Below, piece after piece: positions 37,633-48,679 of a stretch of DNA of 64,000 bases. This stretch comes from Candidatus Omnitrophota bacterium (GTDB lineage Bacteria; Omnitrophota; Gorgyraeia; JABMRN01; RBG-13-46-9). The stretch is taken from contig JAUWBJ010000001.1 in the NCBI GenBank assembly GCA_030605095.1, positions 10,942 to 74,941 on the forward strand, in the 5' to 3' direction. Made by a program: the position numbers and the translations under genes. The notes below the pieces were generated by a model. That model was not told the DNA's origin. It ran no database searches and saw only the letters and a program-made list of their open reading frames with translations. Each line of letters begins with the position of its first letter. The stretch's first letter is position 1.

Positions 37633-38969
37633 AAAAAGACCTAAAATATATCTGGCACCCTTATACGCAAATGAAGGATTGCCGGAGGTTTCCGCCTATT
37701 TTAATAGAACGGGCAAAAGGGGCAAAGCTTTACGACAATAGAGGAAACTTTTACTACGATACCATATCCAGCTGGTGGTGCAACGTGCACGGCCATAACC
37801 ATCCCAGGATAAAAAAAGCCATTAAAAAGCAACTGGATAATCTGGAGCATGTTTTATTCGCCGGTTTCACCCATAAAAGCGCGATTCTTTTAGCGGAGAA
37901 ACTCATTTCCATTACGCCAAAAAATTTGAAGAAAATATTCTTCTCCGACAATGGTTCGACAGCGGTTGAAACGGCGCTCAAGATATCTTTTCAGTATTGG
38001 CAGAATATGGGCAAGAGAAGAAAGACAAAATTTGTATCCCTGGACCGTGGGTATCACGGCGATACCATTGGCGCAATGAGCGTAAGCGGAGTAGGACTAT
38101 TTAATGAGGTATTCAGCCCTTTGTTTTTTTCATCCTTTAAGGTGCCTGCGCCATATTGCTATCGCTGCCCGGAAGGGAAGGGTATGCCTGATTGTAAAAT
38201 CGATTGCATAAAGCCGTTGGAAACCATACTGAAGAAGAAAAATAACGAAATCGCGGCGGTTATTTTAGAGCCCTTAATTATGGCTGCAGGTGGTATGATA
38301 ATCTATCCCAAGGAATATCTGAAAAGGGTGGCTGAACTTGCCAAAAGATATAATGTTCACCTGATACTCGATGAAGTGGCCACAGGTTTTGGCAGGACAG
38401 GCAGAATGTTCGCATGTGAGCACGTAAATATAAAACCCGACTTTATCTGCCTTTCTAAAGGCATAACATCTGGATATCTTCCGCTTGGCGCGACATTGAC
38501 TACTGAGGAAATCTATAGGGCGTTCTACGCCGATTATGAAGAGAAAAAGACATTTTTTCACGGCCATACCTATACCGCGAACCCGGTTTCATGTGCCGCG
38601 GCACTGGCAAGTTTATCGATTTTTAAGGAAGAGGGCACGCTAAGTAGAATCAAGGAATTAATACCCGCATTTCATAGTTATCTGGAGCGTTTTAGAGGCC
38701 TTTCCATCGTCGGTGATGTGCGATATATAGGCATGATAGGCGCTATAGAGTTAGTTAAAGACAAGATGACTAAGGAGCCGTTTGCCCTTAAGGAAAGAAT
38801 CGGGCTTATGATCTACGAAGAGGGCCTCAAGAGAAGGCTTATCTTGAGGCCTCTAGGGAACATTATATATCTAAATTTACTCTTATGTGTAAGGGAGGCC
38901 GAACTCAAGTTTATTCTTGAAGAGACTTTTCAAATTATTAAAGCATTTGACAATAATATCTCTATATGA
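37617..38969 (+). CDS. bioA: adenosylmethionine-8-amino-7-oxononanoate aminotransferase
   Basis: Class-III aminotransferase, DEVATGFGRTG motif. Confidence 0.85.
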   Translation: MDNWIKKDLKYIWHPYTQMKDCRRFPPILIERAKGAKLYDNRGNFYYDTISSWWCNVHGHNHPRIKKAIKKQLDNLEHVLFAGFTHKSAILLAEKLISITPKNLKKIFFSDNGSTAVETALKISFQYWQNMGKRRKTKFVSLDRGYHGDTIGAMSVSGVGLFNEVFSPLFFSSFKVPAPYCYRCPEGKGMPDCKIDCIKPLETILKKKNNEIAAVILEPLIMAAGGMIIYPKEYLKRVAELAKRYNVHLILDEVATGFGRTGRMFACEHVNIKPDFICLSKGITSGYLPLGATLTTEEIYRAFYADYEEKKTFFHGHTYTANPVSCAAALASLSIFKEEGTLSRIKELIPAFHSYLERFRGLSIVGDVRYIGMIGAIELVKDKMTKEPFALKERIGLMIYEEGLKRRLILRPLGNIIYLNLLLCVREAELKFILEETFQIIKAFDNNISI

Positions 38970-38995
38970 TATAACGCCTTTAAGGAAAAAGAGAT

Positions 38996-39856
38996 ATGTG
39001 GAATTACACAGAAAAGGTAATAGAGCATTTCCGAAACCCGCGCAATGTAGGTGAAATTAAAAATCCCGATGCGATAGGGGAAGTGGGTAATATTATCTGC
39101 GGAGATGCCCTGCGCCTTACATTACGTATAGATAAAAAGACGGATAAAATTATAGATGCCAAGTTCCAGACCTTTGGCTGCGCAAGCGCCATTGCCGCTT
39201 CTTCAGCGCTTACCGAAATGGTTAAAGGCATGACAATCGAGAAAGCCTCTTCGGTTACCAACAGGGATATCGCTAATTATCTCGGTGGGTTACCGAATGA
39301 GAAAATGCATTGTTCTGTTATGGGTATGGAAGCCCTGGAGAAGGCAATTGATAATTATAGAGGGGCGCCTACAAAAAAGGAGATGATAGGTAAAGAAGAG
39401 ATTCTGTGTAAGTGTTTTAGCGTAACGGATAAAAAGATAATCCGCGCTATAAAAGAAAATAATTTAAAGACAGTGGAAGAGGTAACTAATTATACCAAAG
39501 CAGGAGGCGGATGCGGTAAATGCAAACCCGAGATAGAAAAATTGCTTAAGGAATTCTGGAGTAAGGAAGCTACGAAAATCAGGCGCCCGAAAAAAGATCT
39601 GGCAGGGAAAAAATCCACCAATTTAGAGCGAATATCTTTGATACAGGATACGATAGAAAGAGAAATACGGCCGAAGCTCAAGGCCGACGGGGGAGATATA
39701 GAGCTTGTGGATATAGACCGTAATAAGGTTTATGTAAAATTTTTAGGTACGTGCCTGGGGTGCCCGTCGACAGGAGTCACTTTAAAGAGCCTGGTAGAAT
39801 CGAAATTAAAGGAGTTTGTTGAAGGAGATATTGTGGTGGAAGAGGTTAAGGAATGA
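38996..39856 (+). CDS. nifU: NifU (IscU-like N-domain + BFD 2Fe-2S + Nfu C-domain)
   Basis: GDALRL...CASAIAAS scaffold Cys, central CxC 2Fe-2S, C-terminal CLGCPS. Confidence 0.85.
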   Translation: MWNYTEKVIEHFRNPRNVGEIKNPDAIGEVGNIICGDALRLTLRIDKKTDKIIDAKFQTFGCASAIAASSALTEMVKGMTIEKASSVTNRDIANYLGGLPNEKMHCSVMGMEALEKAIDNYRGAPTKKEMIGKEEILCKCFSVTDKKIIRAIKENNLKTVEEVTNYTKAGGGCGKCKPEIEKLLKEFWSKEATKIRRPKKDLAGKKSTNLERISLIQDTIEREIRPKLKADGGDIELVDIDRNKVYVKFLGTCLGCPSTGVTLKSLVESKLKEFVEGDIVVEEVKE

Positions 39857-41013
39857 GAGTGGTATACGTAGATAACAACGCAACAACAATGGTACCGCCG
39901 GAGGTCTTTGAGGCAATGAAACCTTTCTTGCAAGACCAATATGGAAACCCCTCCAGCATGCACGCTTTTGGCGGGAAAATTCATAAAAATATTGATAGCG
40001 CGAGAGAAAGTGTTGCGGATTTATTAGGCGTAAGTGATCCGCGAGAGATTATATTTACCAGTTGCGGCACGGAGAGCGATAACACCGCAATTATGAGCAC
40101 GTTAAGGTCGTACCCTGATAAAAAGCATATCATAACAACAAAAGTGGAACATCCGGCGGTGCTCAATTTGTGCAAGTATTTAGAAACAACCGGATATAGA
40201 GTAACATATCTAAATGTGGATAACGAAGGAATGATGGATTTAAGCGAACTTAAAAGTTCGATTGACGAAGATACAGCGCTTATCTCCATAATGTACGCGA
40301 ATAATGAAACGGGTGTGATTTTTCCCGTTGAGGAAATTGCCGAAATCGCGAGGACAAGAAAAGTTGTAGTTCACATCGACGCCGTACAGGCAGTAGGCAA
40401 GATTCCTTTTAAGTTAACCAAGCTGCCGGTAGACCTTCTCTCTCTATCCGGGCATAAGTTACATGCGCCAAAGGGGGTAGGGGCGCTTTATGTTCGTAAG
40501 GGGACAAGATTTACGCCATTTTTAATCGGCGGGCATCAGGAACACAGCCGTCGCGGAGGCACAGAAAATATCGCTTCTATCGTCGGATTAGGGGCGGCAT
40601 GCCGGTTAGCCGGGAAATCTATCGAAGAAGAGAAGGTGCGGATTAAAAATTTGCGTGACAAACTGGAAAATACACTTTTACAAGATGTACCAAGAGCAAG
40701 GTTAAACGGAAATAAAGAGAATAGGCTCCCCAACACATCGAACATAGGTTTTGAATTCATAGAAGGAGAGGCCATTTTACTTATGCTTGATGAAAAGGGC
40801 ATAGCGGCTTCCTCCGGTTCGGCATGTACATCAGGTTCTTTATCCCCTTCACATGTACTACGAGCTATGGGTATTCCGTTCACTTTTGTTCAAGGGTCTA
40901 TCCGCTTCAGTTTAAGCCGATACAATAACGAGAGTGACATAAATTATATCATTAAACACCTGCCCCCTGTTATAGAGCGGTTAAGAGGAATATCCCCCTA
41001 TCGCGCCTCTTAG
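39853..41013 (+). CDS. nifS: cysteine desulfurase NifS
   Basis: SGHKLHAPKG PLP-lysine, SGSACTS active Cys loop. Confidence 0.85.
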   Translation: MRVVYVDNNATTMVPPEVFEAMKPFLQDQYGNPSSMHAFGGKIHKNIDSARESVADLLGVSDPREIIFTSCGTESDNTAIMSTLRSYPDKKHIITTKVEHPAVLNLCKYLETTGYRVTYLNVDNEGMMDLSELKSSIDEDTALISIMYANNETGVIFPVEEIAEIARTRKVVVHIDAVQAVGKIPFKLTKLPVDLLSLSGHKLHAPKGVGALYVRKGTRFTPFLIGGHQEHSRRGGTENIASIVGLGAACRLAGKSIEEEKVRIKNLRDKLENTLLQDVPRARLNGNKENRLPNTSNIGFEFIEGEAILLMLDEKGIAASSGSACTSGSLSPSHVLRAMGIPFTFVQGSIRFSLSRYNNESDINYIIKHLPPVIERLRGISPYRAS

Positions 41014-41026
41014 AGAATTATAAAAA

Positions 41027-42094
41027 ATGAGAAAAAAAATTTTAGTAGCGATGTCGGGAGGCGTGGATTCTTCCGTTGCCTCGCTTTTGCTTAAAAGGAA
41101 TAATTTCGACGTAACAGGCGTTACGATGTGTTTTGGGATCAAAGGAGGGACGAAAGACAACGGAAAACCGAGATGCTGCGGACCCCGGGCGATAGAGGAT
41201 GCTAAGAGAGTATGCTACAAGTTGGATATCCCTCACTATGTGATGGATTTTTCAAAAGATTTGAGAAAACACGTAATTAATAAATTTATATCTGAGTATG
41301 CGAAAGGAAGAACGCCGAATCCGTGCATAGAGTGCAACAGATACTTAAAATTTGAAATCCTTCTTGAGAAAGCACAGCGTCTGGGCTTCGACTTTTTGGC
41401 GACAGGCCACTATGCAAAAATAGAGCAAGAGGGCCAAAATTTCCTTTTAAAAAAAGCGAAGGATAAGACGAAAGACCAGGCATATTTTCTGTATCCTATA
41501 AAGAAGAATAGGCTTAAATCAATAATGTTTCCCTTAGCCGATTTCACCAAAAAAGAGGTGAGGAAAATCGCTAATAATGCAGAATTGCCGGTAGCGCACA
41601 AGCCGGAGAGCCAGGATATATGCTTCATTCCCGAAAAGAATTACCATATGTTTCTTCTGGAGAGAATCGAGAAAACGTCTCCCGGCAAAATTGTAGATAC
41701 AAAAGGCAATTTTTTGGGCAAACACAAGGGGCTATTTTTCTATACGGTTGGGCAAAGGAAAGGCCTGGGCATAAGCTCTAAAAGGCCTCTCTATGTTGTT
41801 TCCACGGACGCGAAGAATAATGAAATTGTTGTCGGGGAGGAGAAGGATTTGAAAGCAAAGGGTTTTATAGCAAGTGATGTAAATATTCTTGTAGACAGGC
41901 TACCAAAGACCGCTTTTGCCAGGATACGCTATGCCGACAAAGAGGCCAAATGCGATATTTCGATAAAAGGTAAAAAACTTAAGATAATGTTTAAGAAACG
42001 AGAGTCCGCCATAACACCGGGGCAATCCGTTGTGCTTTACGGCGGCGACACTATTTTAGGCGGGGGGATAATAGAGGGGGTTTTACGTGGATAA
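41027..42094 (+). CDS. mnmA: tRNA 2-thiouridylase MnmA
   Basis: VAMSGGVDSSV PP-loop, catalytic Cys, 355 aa. Confidence 0.85.
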   Translation: MRKKILVAMSGGVDSSVASLLLKRNNFDVTGVTMCFGIKGGTKDNGKPRCCGPRAIEDAKRVCYKLDIPHYVMDFSKDLRKHVINKFISEYAKGRTPNPCIECNRYLKFEILLEKAQRLGFDFLATGHYAKIEQEGQNFLLKKAKDKTKDQAYFLYPIKKNRLKSIMFPLADFTKKEVRKIANNAELPVAHKPESQDICFIPEKNYHMFLLERIEKTSPGKIVDTKGNFLGKHKGLFFYTVGQRKGLGISSKRPLYVVSTDAKNNEIVVGEEKDLKAKGFIASDVNILVDRLPKTAFARIRYADKEAKCDISIKGKKLKIMFKKRESAITPGQSVVLYGGDTILGGGIIEGVLRG

Positions 42095-43001
42095 GAAAAA
42101 CAAACTGGCCGGAAAAATCGATAGATTAAAGAAGAAGAGAAAAGCCGTCATATTAGTTCATAACTACCAGCTTCCCGAGATTCAGGATATCGCTGATTAT
42201 GTCGGCGATTCTTTGGCATTGAGCAGGACTGCCAGCCAAACCCGCGCTAAGATAATCATTTTTTGCGGGGTCCACTTTATGGCCGAGACAGCATCTATCC
42301 TTTGCCCTAATAAAAAAGTCCTCATGCCCGATATAAATGCCGGATGCCCCATGGCAGACATGATTACCAAGGAGGGTTTGAGAACTTTAAAAAAAGAACA
42401 TCCTCATGCAGCGGTAGTAGGCTATGTTAATACCAGCGCCGAAGTCAAAACAGAGCTCGATATCTGCTGCACGTCTACCAACGCAATCGAAATAGTAAAT
42501 TCATTGAAAAATACCAGAGAAATCATCTTCGTTCCCGATAAATATTTAGCTGACTATGCTTCCAAAAAAACCGGGCGTAAATTAATTGTCTGGGATGGAT
42601 ATTGCCCTAGCCACGTTAAGATTCTGCCCGAGCATATTTTAAAACAGAAGCGCCGCCACCCCAAAGCCAAAGTTATTGTCCATCCGGAATGCACCCCACC
42701 TGTTATCGACCTCGCCGACGAAGCCCTATCCACCGAAGGCATGTGCAAATACGCGAAGTTAACCGACGCCTCTCGGATAATTGTGGGTACAGAGATAGGC
42801 CTGCTCCATAGATTGCGGAAGGAAAACCCCAAAAAGAAATTCTACCCCGCTTCAGAAGAAGCCATATGCCCCAACATGAAGATGAATACATTAGAGAAGG
42901 TATTATGGTCGCTGGAAGACATGAAATACGAAGTCAAAGTGCCCGAGGACGTTCGAATTAAAGCCATAAAAGCGGTAGATAGAATGTGCCGGATCGGATG
43001 A
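42087..43001 (+). CDS. nadA: quinolinate synthase
   Basis: NadA fold with three Cys ligands, VILVHNYQLPEIQD. Confidence 0.85.
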   Translation: MDKKNKLAGKIDRLKKKRKAVILVHNYQLPEIQDIADYVGDSLALSRTASQTRAKIIIFCGVHFMAETASILCPNKKVLMPDINAGCPMADMITKEGLRTLKKEHPHAAVVGYVNTSAEVKTELDICCTSTNAIEIVNSLKNTREIIFVPDKYLADYASKKTGRKLIVWDGYCPSHVKILPEHILKQKRRHPKAKVIVHPECTPPVIDLADEALSTEGMCKYAKLTDASRIIVGTEIGLLHRLRKENPKKKFYPASEEAICPNMKMNTLEKVLWSLEDMKYEVKVPEDVRIKAIKAVDRMCRIG

Positions 43002-43051
43002 AAAAAGTCTACATCCGGACTTTCGGATGCCAGATGGAAACACCACAATAG
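42998..43051 (+). repeat. copy C of degenerate methylthiotransferase 5' fragment (MKKVYIRTFGCQMETPQ*)
   Basis: 17-codon ORF whose ATG overlaps nadA stop (ATGA); encodes the MTTase N-terminal FGCQM motif; homologous to miaB start at 61333 and to copies at 47214, 49854 and 55529. Confidence 0.7.
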
Positions 43052-43057
43052 TAAAAT

Positions 43058-44320
43058 ATGAAGGTTAATAAAATATATACATTAATTTTTGTCTGCATGT
43101 TATTAAATCCCCATTTTGCGTATTCTGAAGAAGCAATTACATGGGAGGAATGCGTGCATATAGCTATTGGAAACAATCCAGAATTAATATCAGCAGCTGA
43201 AAAGATCAAACAAGCAAAAAAAGATAAAAATATTAATTTAAGCTCGATACTTCCCCAGATAGATAGCGCAGCAAGCACCAAGAGAGGAAAGACCTCGGGT
43301 AATAAGGCGGCAAATACTCATTCCTACAGCGTAACCGGTAAACAATTAGTTTTCGATGGATTTAAGACATACAGTGAAGTATCTAGTGCCCATAAAACCA
43401 TTCAGGCCGAAGAGTATAATTACGCCGTTACGTCTTCTAATATAAGATTGAATTTGAGAAATGCTTTTGTTAGCCTTATGAGAGCCGAGGAGCTGGTGAA
43501 TATTACAGAGAACATCGCCCGCCGCAGGCGTCAAAATCTTGAACTTGTTAAATTGCGATACGAAGGCGGAAGGGAACATAAAGGTGCCCTACTCACTGCC
43601 GAAGCGGATATGGCACAGGCAGAATTTGAAATTTCCCAAGCTAAAAGAAGCATTTCCTTATCACAAAGAGAATTATTTAAAGAACTCGGCCTTACTAAGA
43701 TGGAGCCAGTGAAAGCAAAAGGAGAATTCATCCTTGAGAAGGATTATACTGCTAAACCTGATCTGGATTTTCTTGCAAATACTACTCCGTTTCTCCAGGA
43801 ATTAATAGCAAAAAAAGAAGCTATACGTTATGATTTTCAGTCTGAAGTAGCTGATTTTTTTCCTGAAGTTTACCTGAATGCATCTCTTGGCAAAACAGGC
43901 GATAGCTTTCTACCCCAAAACGAAGAATGGTCAGCGGGTGCATCTATATCATTACCGCTATTTGAAGGCGGAAGCCGTCTAGCAGAAGTCTCTAAAGCCA
44001 AGTCCAAGCTCAATCAGGCAGAAGCTGATGAGCGAAGCGGAAGAGATAGCGTGCTAGTTACGTTAGAGAGGACATGGAAGAACCTACAGGATGCGATAAC
44101 GAATGTTTCCGTACAGAAAAAGTTCCTCAAAGCTAACGAAGAACGCGCGAAGATAACCAAAACTCAATACGAGAGCGGTTTAGCCTCGTTCAACGACTGG
44201 ATAATAATAGAAGACAATCTTGTCAATTCTCAAAAAGCATATTTAAATGCGGAGAACGATATGTTAATTGTTGAAGCTTACTGGATTCAGGCAATAGGAG
44301 GAACCTTAGAATATGATTAA
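43058..44320 (+). CDS. tolC: TolC-family outer membrane efflux protein
   Basis: Signal peptide, two OEP repeats. Confidence 0.8.
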   Translation: MKVNKIYTLIFVCMLLNPHFAYSEEAITWEECVHIAIGNNPELISAAEKIKQAKKDKNINLSSILPQIDSAASTKRGKTSGNKAANTHSYSVTGKQLVFDGFKTYSEVSSAHKTIQAEEYNYAVTSSNIRLNLRNAFVSLMRAEELVNITENIARRRRQNLELVKLRYEGGREHKGALLTAEADMAQAEFEISQAKRSISLSQRELFKELGLTKMEPVKAKGEFILEKDYTAKPDLDFLANTTPFLQELIAKKEAIRYDFQSEVADFFPEVYLNASLGKTGDSFLPQNEEWSAGASISLPLFEGGSRLAEVSKAKSKLNQAEADERSGRDSVLVTLERTWKNLQDAITNVSVQKKFLKANEERAKITKTQYESGLASFNDWIIIEDNLVNSQKAYLNAENDMLIVEAYWIQAIGGTLEYD

Positions 44321-45266
44321 GAATAGAACAAAACCAATAGCAGCTGTAGGGTTTTTAATAATTATTACTGTATTGTTTATCCGATGGAAGCAAGGAGGAA
44401 CGGAAGACAATCTTAAAACAAAGATAATAAATCCCATTATCGGAGATGTTGCCATAATGGTTACTACCACAGGAGTAATTGAGCCCCAAAACAGACTTGA
44501 GATAAAACCCTCTATCGGGGGAAGGATTGACGAAATTATAGTAAAGGAAGGGGACCATGTTAAAGAGGGCGAGATTCTGGCATGGATGAGCTCAACAGAA
44601 AGAGCCGCCCTCATAGATGCGGCACGTTCGCAAGGGGATGAGGCTTTACGTTACTGGAAAGATGCCTACAAAAAGACCCCCATTATTTCACCGCTTGATG
44701 GAGAAGTGATAGTTCGTGCAGTTGAGCCCGGTCAGACTGTTACGACATCTGATGCCGTTTTGGTTTTATCAGACCGGCTAGTGGTAAGCGCTCAGTTTGA
44801 CGAGACAGATATAGGCAGGATCAAAATAGGCCAGGACGCCTTTATAACATTGGATGCATATCCTGATGTCAAGATAGAAGGTATTGTCGATCATATAGCG
44901 TATGAATCCGAGATAGTTAATAATGTTACTATATATAATGTGGATATACTTCCGAAAGAAATGCCTGAAATTTTGCGCTCTGGTATGAGCGTTACCGCTC
45001 TAGTTGTAGAAAAAAAGAGAACCGATGTCACAACAATCCCTTCCAGTGCGATTCATTACGACGGTAAAAGACAGTTTGTCCTGCTGAAAACTAAAAGTGG
45101 AAAGACCGTTGAGAGTGATATTACTGTAGGCTTAAATAACGAAAAGATAGCCGAGGTGATTTCAGGTTTGAGCGTAGATGATAATGTTGTAATTCAAGAT
45201 ACTGCATATCTGCCGAAGAGAAAAAGTACTGGAACCAATCCGTTTATGCCTTCCAGGAGAAGATGA
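44313..45266 (+). CDS. macA: HlyD/MacA-family periplasmic adaptor
   Basis: N-terminal TM anchor, biotinyl-lipoyl-like and beta-barrel regions. Confidence 0.75.
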   Translation: MIKNRTKPIAAVGFLIIITVLFIRWKQGGTEDNLKTKIINPIIGDVAIMVTTTGVIEPQNRLEIKPSIGGRIDEIIVKEGDHVKEGEILAWMSSTERAALIDAARSQGDEALRYWKDAYKKTPIISPLDGEVIVRAVEPGQTVTTSDAVLVLSDRLVVSAQFDETDIGRIKIGQDAFITLDAYPDVKIEGIVDHIAYESEIVNNVTIYNVDILPKEMPEILRSGMSVTALVVEKKRTDVTTIPSSAIHYDGKRQFVLLKTKSGKTVESDITVGLNNEKIAEVISGLSVDDNVVIQDTAYLPKRKSTGTNPFMPSRRR

Positions 45267-47221
45267 TAGAGTTAAAAAATATATATAAGACATACGGCAA
45301 AGGCGACATCGCTGTTTGCGCCCTAAAGAATATCTCTCTGAAAATAAATCAGGGGGAATTTTTAGCAATAATAGGGCCATCCGGTTCCGGGAAGTCCACG
45401 CTCCTGCACATACTGGGATTTTTAGACCGTCCGGATAAAGGCTCATACAAGATTTTTGGCACTGACATTTCAAGATTATCTGACGATCAATCGGCGTATC
45501 TAAGAAATAGACTTGTCGGTTTTGTGTTTCAGCAGTTTCATTTGCTTCGAAGGACCAGTGCGCTAGAGAACGTAGAATTACCCCTTAGCTATTCCGGCGA
45601 AAGAGGCTTGCTTGAAAATGCGGTGCAAAAATTAGATTCCGTGGGATTAACCGAGCGCGCAAAACACCTGCCGAGTGAATTATCGGGCGGGGAGCAACAA
45701 AGGGTTGCGATAGCGCGCGCTTTAGTTAATAATCCACTAATAATTTTTGCTGATGAGCCCACAGGGAACCTCGATACCAAAAGCGAAGAGGAGATTGTTA
45801 AAATACTTAAAGGGTTAAATGACCGGGGCAAAACCATTATTATGGTAACGCACGAAAAGGAGATAGCCGGGCACGCAAAAAGAATTTTGACGATGCGTGA
45901 TGGCGAGATTATTTCAGACGAAAAAAAAGATAGAAGCAATATTTCAGGTGAAAGCAAAATATCTATCCAGAATATACTTAGCGAAACCCATTCGTATCTT
46001 GGCAAGATTGAATTCGCGGAGCATATTCGCCAGTCGTTTCGAGCTATTTTGACCAATAAAGTAAGGTCTTTTCTTTCAATGCTTGGGATTTTATTTGGTG
46101 TAGCCGCAGTTATAGCAATGCTGGCTCTTGGCCAGGGAGCCAAGGCTTCCATGGAGGCAAGGATTAAGAGCCTGGGCTCTAATCTCTTATCAATACAGGG
46201 TGGTTCGGGAAGAGCTAGAGGCGCAATGCGTGCCGCCGGTTCTGTAACACGTTTTATGCAAGGTGACATAGATGCTATCGCAGGTCTAAAACCCATGGTG
46301 AAAAGAGCAGCCGGGTATGCAAATGGAAGCGGGCAGATTGTATATATGAATGAAAACTGGAATACGCGGGTAGAGGGCGTAGGTTACGATTATGGTCAGA
46401 TGCGAGCTACTATCCCTGAAATTGGCAGATGGTTTACTAAAGAAGAGATAACCCGGCGCGATAAAGTAGTCATACTTGGATTGACAGTAGTGGATAAGCT
46501 TTTTGACAACCGAAATCCGATCGGTGAAACAGTAAAAATAAATCGTATAAATTTTAAGGTTATAGGCATTGTGCCCGAAAAGGGAGCTAGGGGCTGGCGC
46601 GATCAAGATGATATTATTTATATACCTCTTACAACAGCCATGTATAGGGTGCTGGGCAAAAATTATTTGGATGGTATTTATGCTGAAATAAGCGATGTCG
46701 AATCGATTGAAGAAGCAGAGAAAAGAATCAAGCAGCTTATTATAAAAAGGCATCGTATATCCCAAAACCCCGACGATTATTTTCATATGCATAATATGAG
46801 TGAATTTCAGGAAATGCTAACGAGCACGACGCAGACTATGAGTATTCTTTTAGGTTGCATCGCTTCGATATCTCTTTTGGTAGGTGGTATAGGAATTATG
46901 AATATAATGCTTGTCTCAGTTACGGAGCGTACGCGCGAAATCGGATTACGCAAAGCAGTTGGCGCACGAGGCAAAGATATAATGACCCAATTTCTTATTG
47001 AATCGATTGCTATGACTTTAAGCGGCGGCATTATAGGTATTTTGCTCGGTGTAGCAACCTCTATATTATTGTCATTATTGGTCGGATGGGCTACTAAAGT
47101 TACTATTTCAAATATTTTCCTTGCCGCTGGGTTTTCAATCGCCATAGGAATGTTTTTCGGTCTTTGGCCGGCAAAGAAAGCATCTGAACTCAATCCTATA
47201 GAGGCTTTAAGATATGAATGA
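45263..47221 (+). CDS. macB: MacB-type ABC transporter (ATPase + FtsX permease fusion)
   Basis: GPSGSGKSTLL Walker A, LSGGEQQRVAIARAL signature, C-terminal FtsX four-TM domain. Confidence 0.85.
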   Translation: MIELKNIYKTYGKGDIAVCALKNISLKINQGEFLAIIGPSGSGKSTLLHILGFLDRPDKGSYKIFGTDISRLSDDQSAYLRNRLVGFVFQQFHLLRRTSALENVELPLSYSGERGLLENAVQKLDSVGLTERAKHLPSELSGGEQQRVAIARALVNNPLIIFADEPTGNLDTKSEEEIVKILKGLNDRGKTIIMVTHEKEIAGHAKRILTMRDGEIISDEKKDRSNISGESKISIQNILSETHSYLGKIEFAEHIRQSFRAILTNKVRSFLSMLGILFGVAAVIAMLALGQGAKASMEARIKSLGSNLLSIQGGSGRARGAMRAAGSVTRFMQGDIDAIAGLKPMVKRAAGYANGSGQIVYMNENWNTRVEGVGYDYGQMRATIPEIGRWFTKEEITRRDKVVILGLTVVDKLFDNRNPIGETVKINRINFKVIGIVPEKGARGWRDQDDIIYIPLTTAMYRVLGKNYLDGIYAEISDVESIEEAEKRIKQLIIKRHRISQNPDDYFHMHNMSEFQEMLTSTTQTMSILLGCIASISLLVGGIGIMNIMLVSVTERTREIGLRKAVGARGKDIMTQFLIESIAMTLSGGIIGILLGVATSILLSLLVGWATKVTISNIFLAAGFSIAIGMFFGLWPAKKASELNPIEALRYE

Positions 47222-47249
47222 AAAGGTTTATCTCCGCAATTTTGGATGA
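47214..47249 (+). repeat. copy D of degenerate methylthiotransferase 5' fragment (MNEKVYLRNFG*)
   Basis: Overlaps macB stop; nucleotide similarity to miaB 5' end (TTTATCTCCGCAATTTTGGATGACC vs TTTTCATCCGCAGTTTTGGATGCCA). Confidence 0.6.
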
Positions 47250-47265
47250 CCGTACGTAAGTGAAA

Positions 47266-48438
47266 ATGAAAAACTCAATTAAATTTTTAATCATTGGCGG
47301 TGTATTTTTAGGGTTTTATTATTTACCTATTGAATTATTACCTTTTCGAAACCCTATATTTGAAGCGCTAGCTTTGGCTAAGTGGTATGCCAGAGAACAT
47401 GTATTATTGTGTTTAGTGCCAGCTTTCTTTATAGCAGGAGCAATATCTGTTTTTGTAAGCCAGGCAGCTGTTATTAAGTATTTTGGAGCGAAGGCCAAGA
47501 AGATATTAGCTTACAGCGTAGCATCTGTGTCTGGAAGCATATTAGCTGTTTGTTCCTGTACGGTCCTGCCTCTATTTTCAGGTATTTATAAGCGCGGAGC
47601 CGGCTTAGGGCCCGCTATCGCATTTCTCTATTCCGGCCCTGCCATCAATGTATTAGCTATAATTTTTACAGCTAAAGTTTTAGGATGGGAGCTTGGCCTT
47701 GCAAGGGCAATAGGAGCAGTAGTCTTTAGTGTAATTATCGGTTTTTTAATGCATCTAATATTTATTAAAGAAGAAAGACGGCGTCACGCAGAAGGTAACT
47801 TTTCAGTACCCGAAGAAGAAGCATCAAGACCATTATGGAAAAACGCAATATATTTTGCCTCTATGGTTGGGATTTTAGTATTTGCTAATTGGACAAAATC
47901 CGGTTCATCAAATACGGGAATATGGGTAAACATATATCATTCTAAATGGATAATTACATCTTTTTTTGTGGTAGTATTGGCAGTAATATTGATAAGCTGG
48001 TTTAAGAAAGACGAGCTTGGCAAGTGGGTAAAGTCCAGCTGGGAATTCGTTCTTCAAATACTACCTTTACTTCTTTTCGGAGTATTAGTTGCGGGATTTC
48101 TTCTTGGCAGGGTAGGGCATGAAGGCATAATTCCCTCAAGATTTGTTGCACGATTAGTCGGAGGTAATTCATTATTTGCCAATTTCTTTGCTTCAATATT
48201 TGGCGCATTTATGTATTTTGCTACACTTACAGAAGTGCCTATACTACAAGGCTTAATTGGTGCAGGCATGGGCAAAGGTCCTGCATTGGCGTTATTATTG
48301 GCAGGTCCGGCATTGAGTTTGCCTAGTATGCTTGTAATCCGAAGTGTTATAGGAACGAAAAAAACTATCGTGTATATATTATTGGTTATTATTATGGCTA
48401 CTCTAAGCGGGATTTTATTTGGAATTATAGTTACATAA
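47266..48438 (+). CDS. DUF318/ArsP-like permease
   Basis: 8-10 TM protein with conserved AVCSCTVLP (CSC) motif as in ArsP organoarsenical permeases. Confidence 0.65.
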   Translation: MKNSIKFLIIGGVFLGFYYLPIELLPFRNPIFEALALAKWYAREHVLLCLVPAFFIAGAISVFVSQAAVIKYFGAKAKKILAYSVASVSGSILAVCSCTVLPLFSGIYKRGAGLGPAIAFLYSGPAINVLAIIFTAKVLGWELGLARAIGAVVFSVIIGFLMHLIFIKEERRRHAEGNFSVPEEEASRPLWKNAIYFASMVGILVFANWTKSGSSNTGIWVNIYHSKWIITSFFVVVLAVILISWFKKDELGKWVKSSWEFVLQILPLLLFGVLVAGFLLGRVGHEGIIPSRFVARLVGGNSLFANFFASIFGAFMYFATLTEVPILQGLIGAGMGKGPALALLLAGPALSLPSMLVIRSVIGTKKTIVYILLVIIMATLSGILFGIIVT

Positions 48439-48448
48439 AGGAGAAAAA

Positions 48449-48679
48449 ATGAAAATAGAGATACTTGGTATGGGATGCCCTAAGTGCAAGATGCTTTATG
48501 AGAACACAAAGAAAGCTGTTAGTGAGACAGGCGTTCAGGCTGAAGTGCTCAAAGTGGAAGATATGGATAAAATTACAAATTATGGCGTAATGATGACACC
48601 AGCTCTTGTTATTGACGGAAAGGTGAAAACAACAGGTAAGATACCGTCAGCAGAGGATATTAAAAAATGGTTGGCATAA
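48449..48679 (+). CDS. small thioredoxin-fold redox-active disulfide protein
   Basis: 76 aa, CPKC motif, TM0979-like family. Confidence 0.7.
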   Translation: MKIEILGMGCPKCKMLYENTKKAVSETGVQAEVLKVEDMDKITNYGVMMTPALVIDGKVKTTGKIPSAEDIKKWLA